Assembly: GCA_037139575.1 (NCBI GenBank)
Contig: JBAXGD010000002.1
Span: 66 to 64,065 of the forward strand
DNA from: a bacterium
GTDB lineage: Bacteria > Patescibacteriota > Saccharimonadia > Saccharimonadales > UBA4665
Reading direction: 5' to 3'
Length of the DNA stretch: 64,000 bases
Below, one piece after another: positions 63,498-64,000 of the stretch (within the stretch, counting starts at the first letter, position 1; each line of letters begins with the position of its first letter). The position numbers and the translations under genes are program-made. The notes beneath the pieces are model-generated. The model was given only the letters and a program-made list of their open reading frames with translations, did not search any database and had not been told where the DNA came from.

Positions 63498-64000
63498 ATG
63501 TCAGAAAAGATAGAAGCAGATCATTTCCCAGAAATAGCAGATAACGGCAAGGGGTTCCACCGTTTAGAATTATTGGGAATAGACGAACAATTAGCCGATC
63601 CTGGACAAAGACGTGAGTTATTTTCAAGCATGTCGAATGAAGATTTTCAAAGAATGTTTGGTTATGTAAATTCTATTACTAGGGGAGAAAGTATTTCATA
63701 TGATTATGAGGATGGTCAGCTTCCACTCCATCCGACCCCCAAACTCGAAGATAAATCTAGATTAATGGAAAGAACTTACGATGCTGTTAGGGAAATAGCT
63801 CAAGACGAATCATTGGACGAACGGACTGCTTTAAGGCGAGCAGGTCTAACTATGGCTGGAGCGATAAATTTGATCCATCCTAAGAAAAACGGCAATGGCA
63901 GAACGGCTAGAGCATTACATTATCTAATTGAGTTTGGCACGGAGCGGGGTAAGGATGCATTTGGAGATGAAATGTATGCTGTTGTCGGGAAATTACCAGT
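63498..64000 (+). CDS. Fic-domain protein (partial; runs off the window)
   Basis: Not in the ORF track because it is open at the edge. The ATG at 63498 reads MSEKIEADHFPEIADNGKGF... and contains INLIHPKKNGNGRTARALHYLI, i.e. the Fic motif HPxxxGNGRxxR with Asn in place of the usual Asp/Glu. Confidence 0.75.
   Translation, partial: MSEKIEADHFPEIADNGKGFHRLELLGIDEQLADPGQRRELFSSMSNEDFQRMFGYVNSITRGESISYDYEDGQLPLHPTPKLEDKSRLMERTYDAVREIAQDESLDERTALRRAGLTMAGAINLIHPKKNGNGRTARALHYLIEFGTERGKDAFGDEMYAVVGKLP

Overview
This is a gene-dense, AT-rich bacterial window using the standard genetic code. TGA is a real stop here, for example in the ATGA stop/start overlaps at 3166-3169 and 46600-46603. By inference it comes from a small-genome Patescibacteria/CPR organism, most likely Saccharibacteria (TM7). 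Supporting signs are a PrgI-like plus VirB6-like pair with tandem pilin-like genes, many lineage-specific hypothetical proteins, and enzymes stripped of metal ligands. About three quarters of the window is ordinary housekeeping: valS, argS, tsaD, murE, groES-groEL, dnaG-rpoD, polA, mutM-holA, rpsT, truB, rpsO-pnp, RNase J, ftsK, rpsF-ssb-rpsR, efp, tlyA, ychF, cls, mscL, msrB and orn, plus four hand-folded tRNAs (three Ser, one Arg). Three regions stand out. (1) 1-5255 is the edge of a type IV secretion-like locus. A PrgI-like gene and an extended VirB6-like gene lie on the minus strand, and six tandem pilin-like paralogs are transcribed divergently from them. (2) 30670-34337 is a 3.2-kb insertion with visibly higher G+C that splits the argS-mscL junction. 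It is bracketed by two base-for-base identical 227-bp direct repeats. It carries a DinJ/YafQ-type toxin-antitoxin pair with its own operator/promoter, an array of four GTAAACA half-sites, a 658-aa single-cysteine protein of unknown function and a 319-nt non-coding tail, but no recombinase. I think this is the best candidate for an undescribed system. (3) 14536-17610 encodes a 1024-aa protein next to tRNA genes, whose C-terminus has a caspase/CHAT-like His-x48-Cys arrangement. All coordinates of RNAs, repeats and motifs were derived by hand from the sequence. No database search or folding calculation was possible, so family assignments rest on motif recognition.
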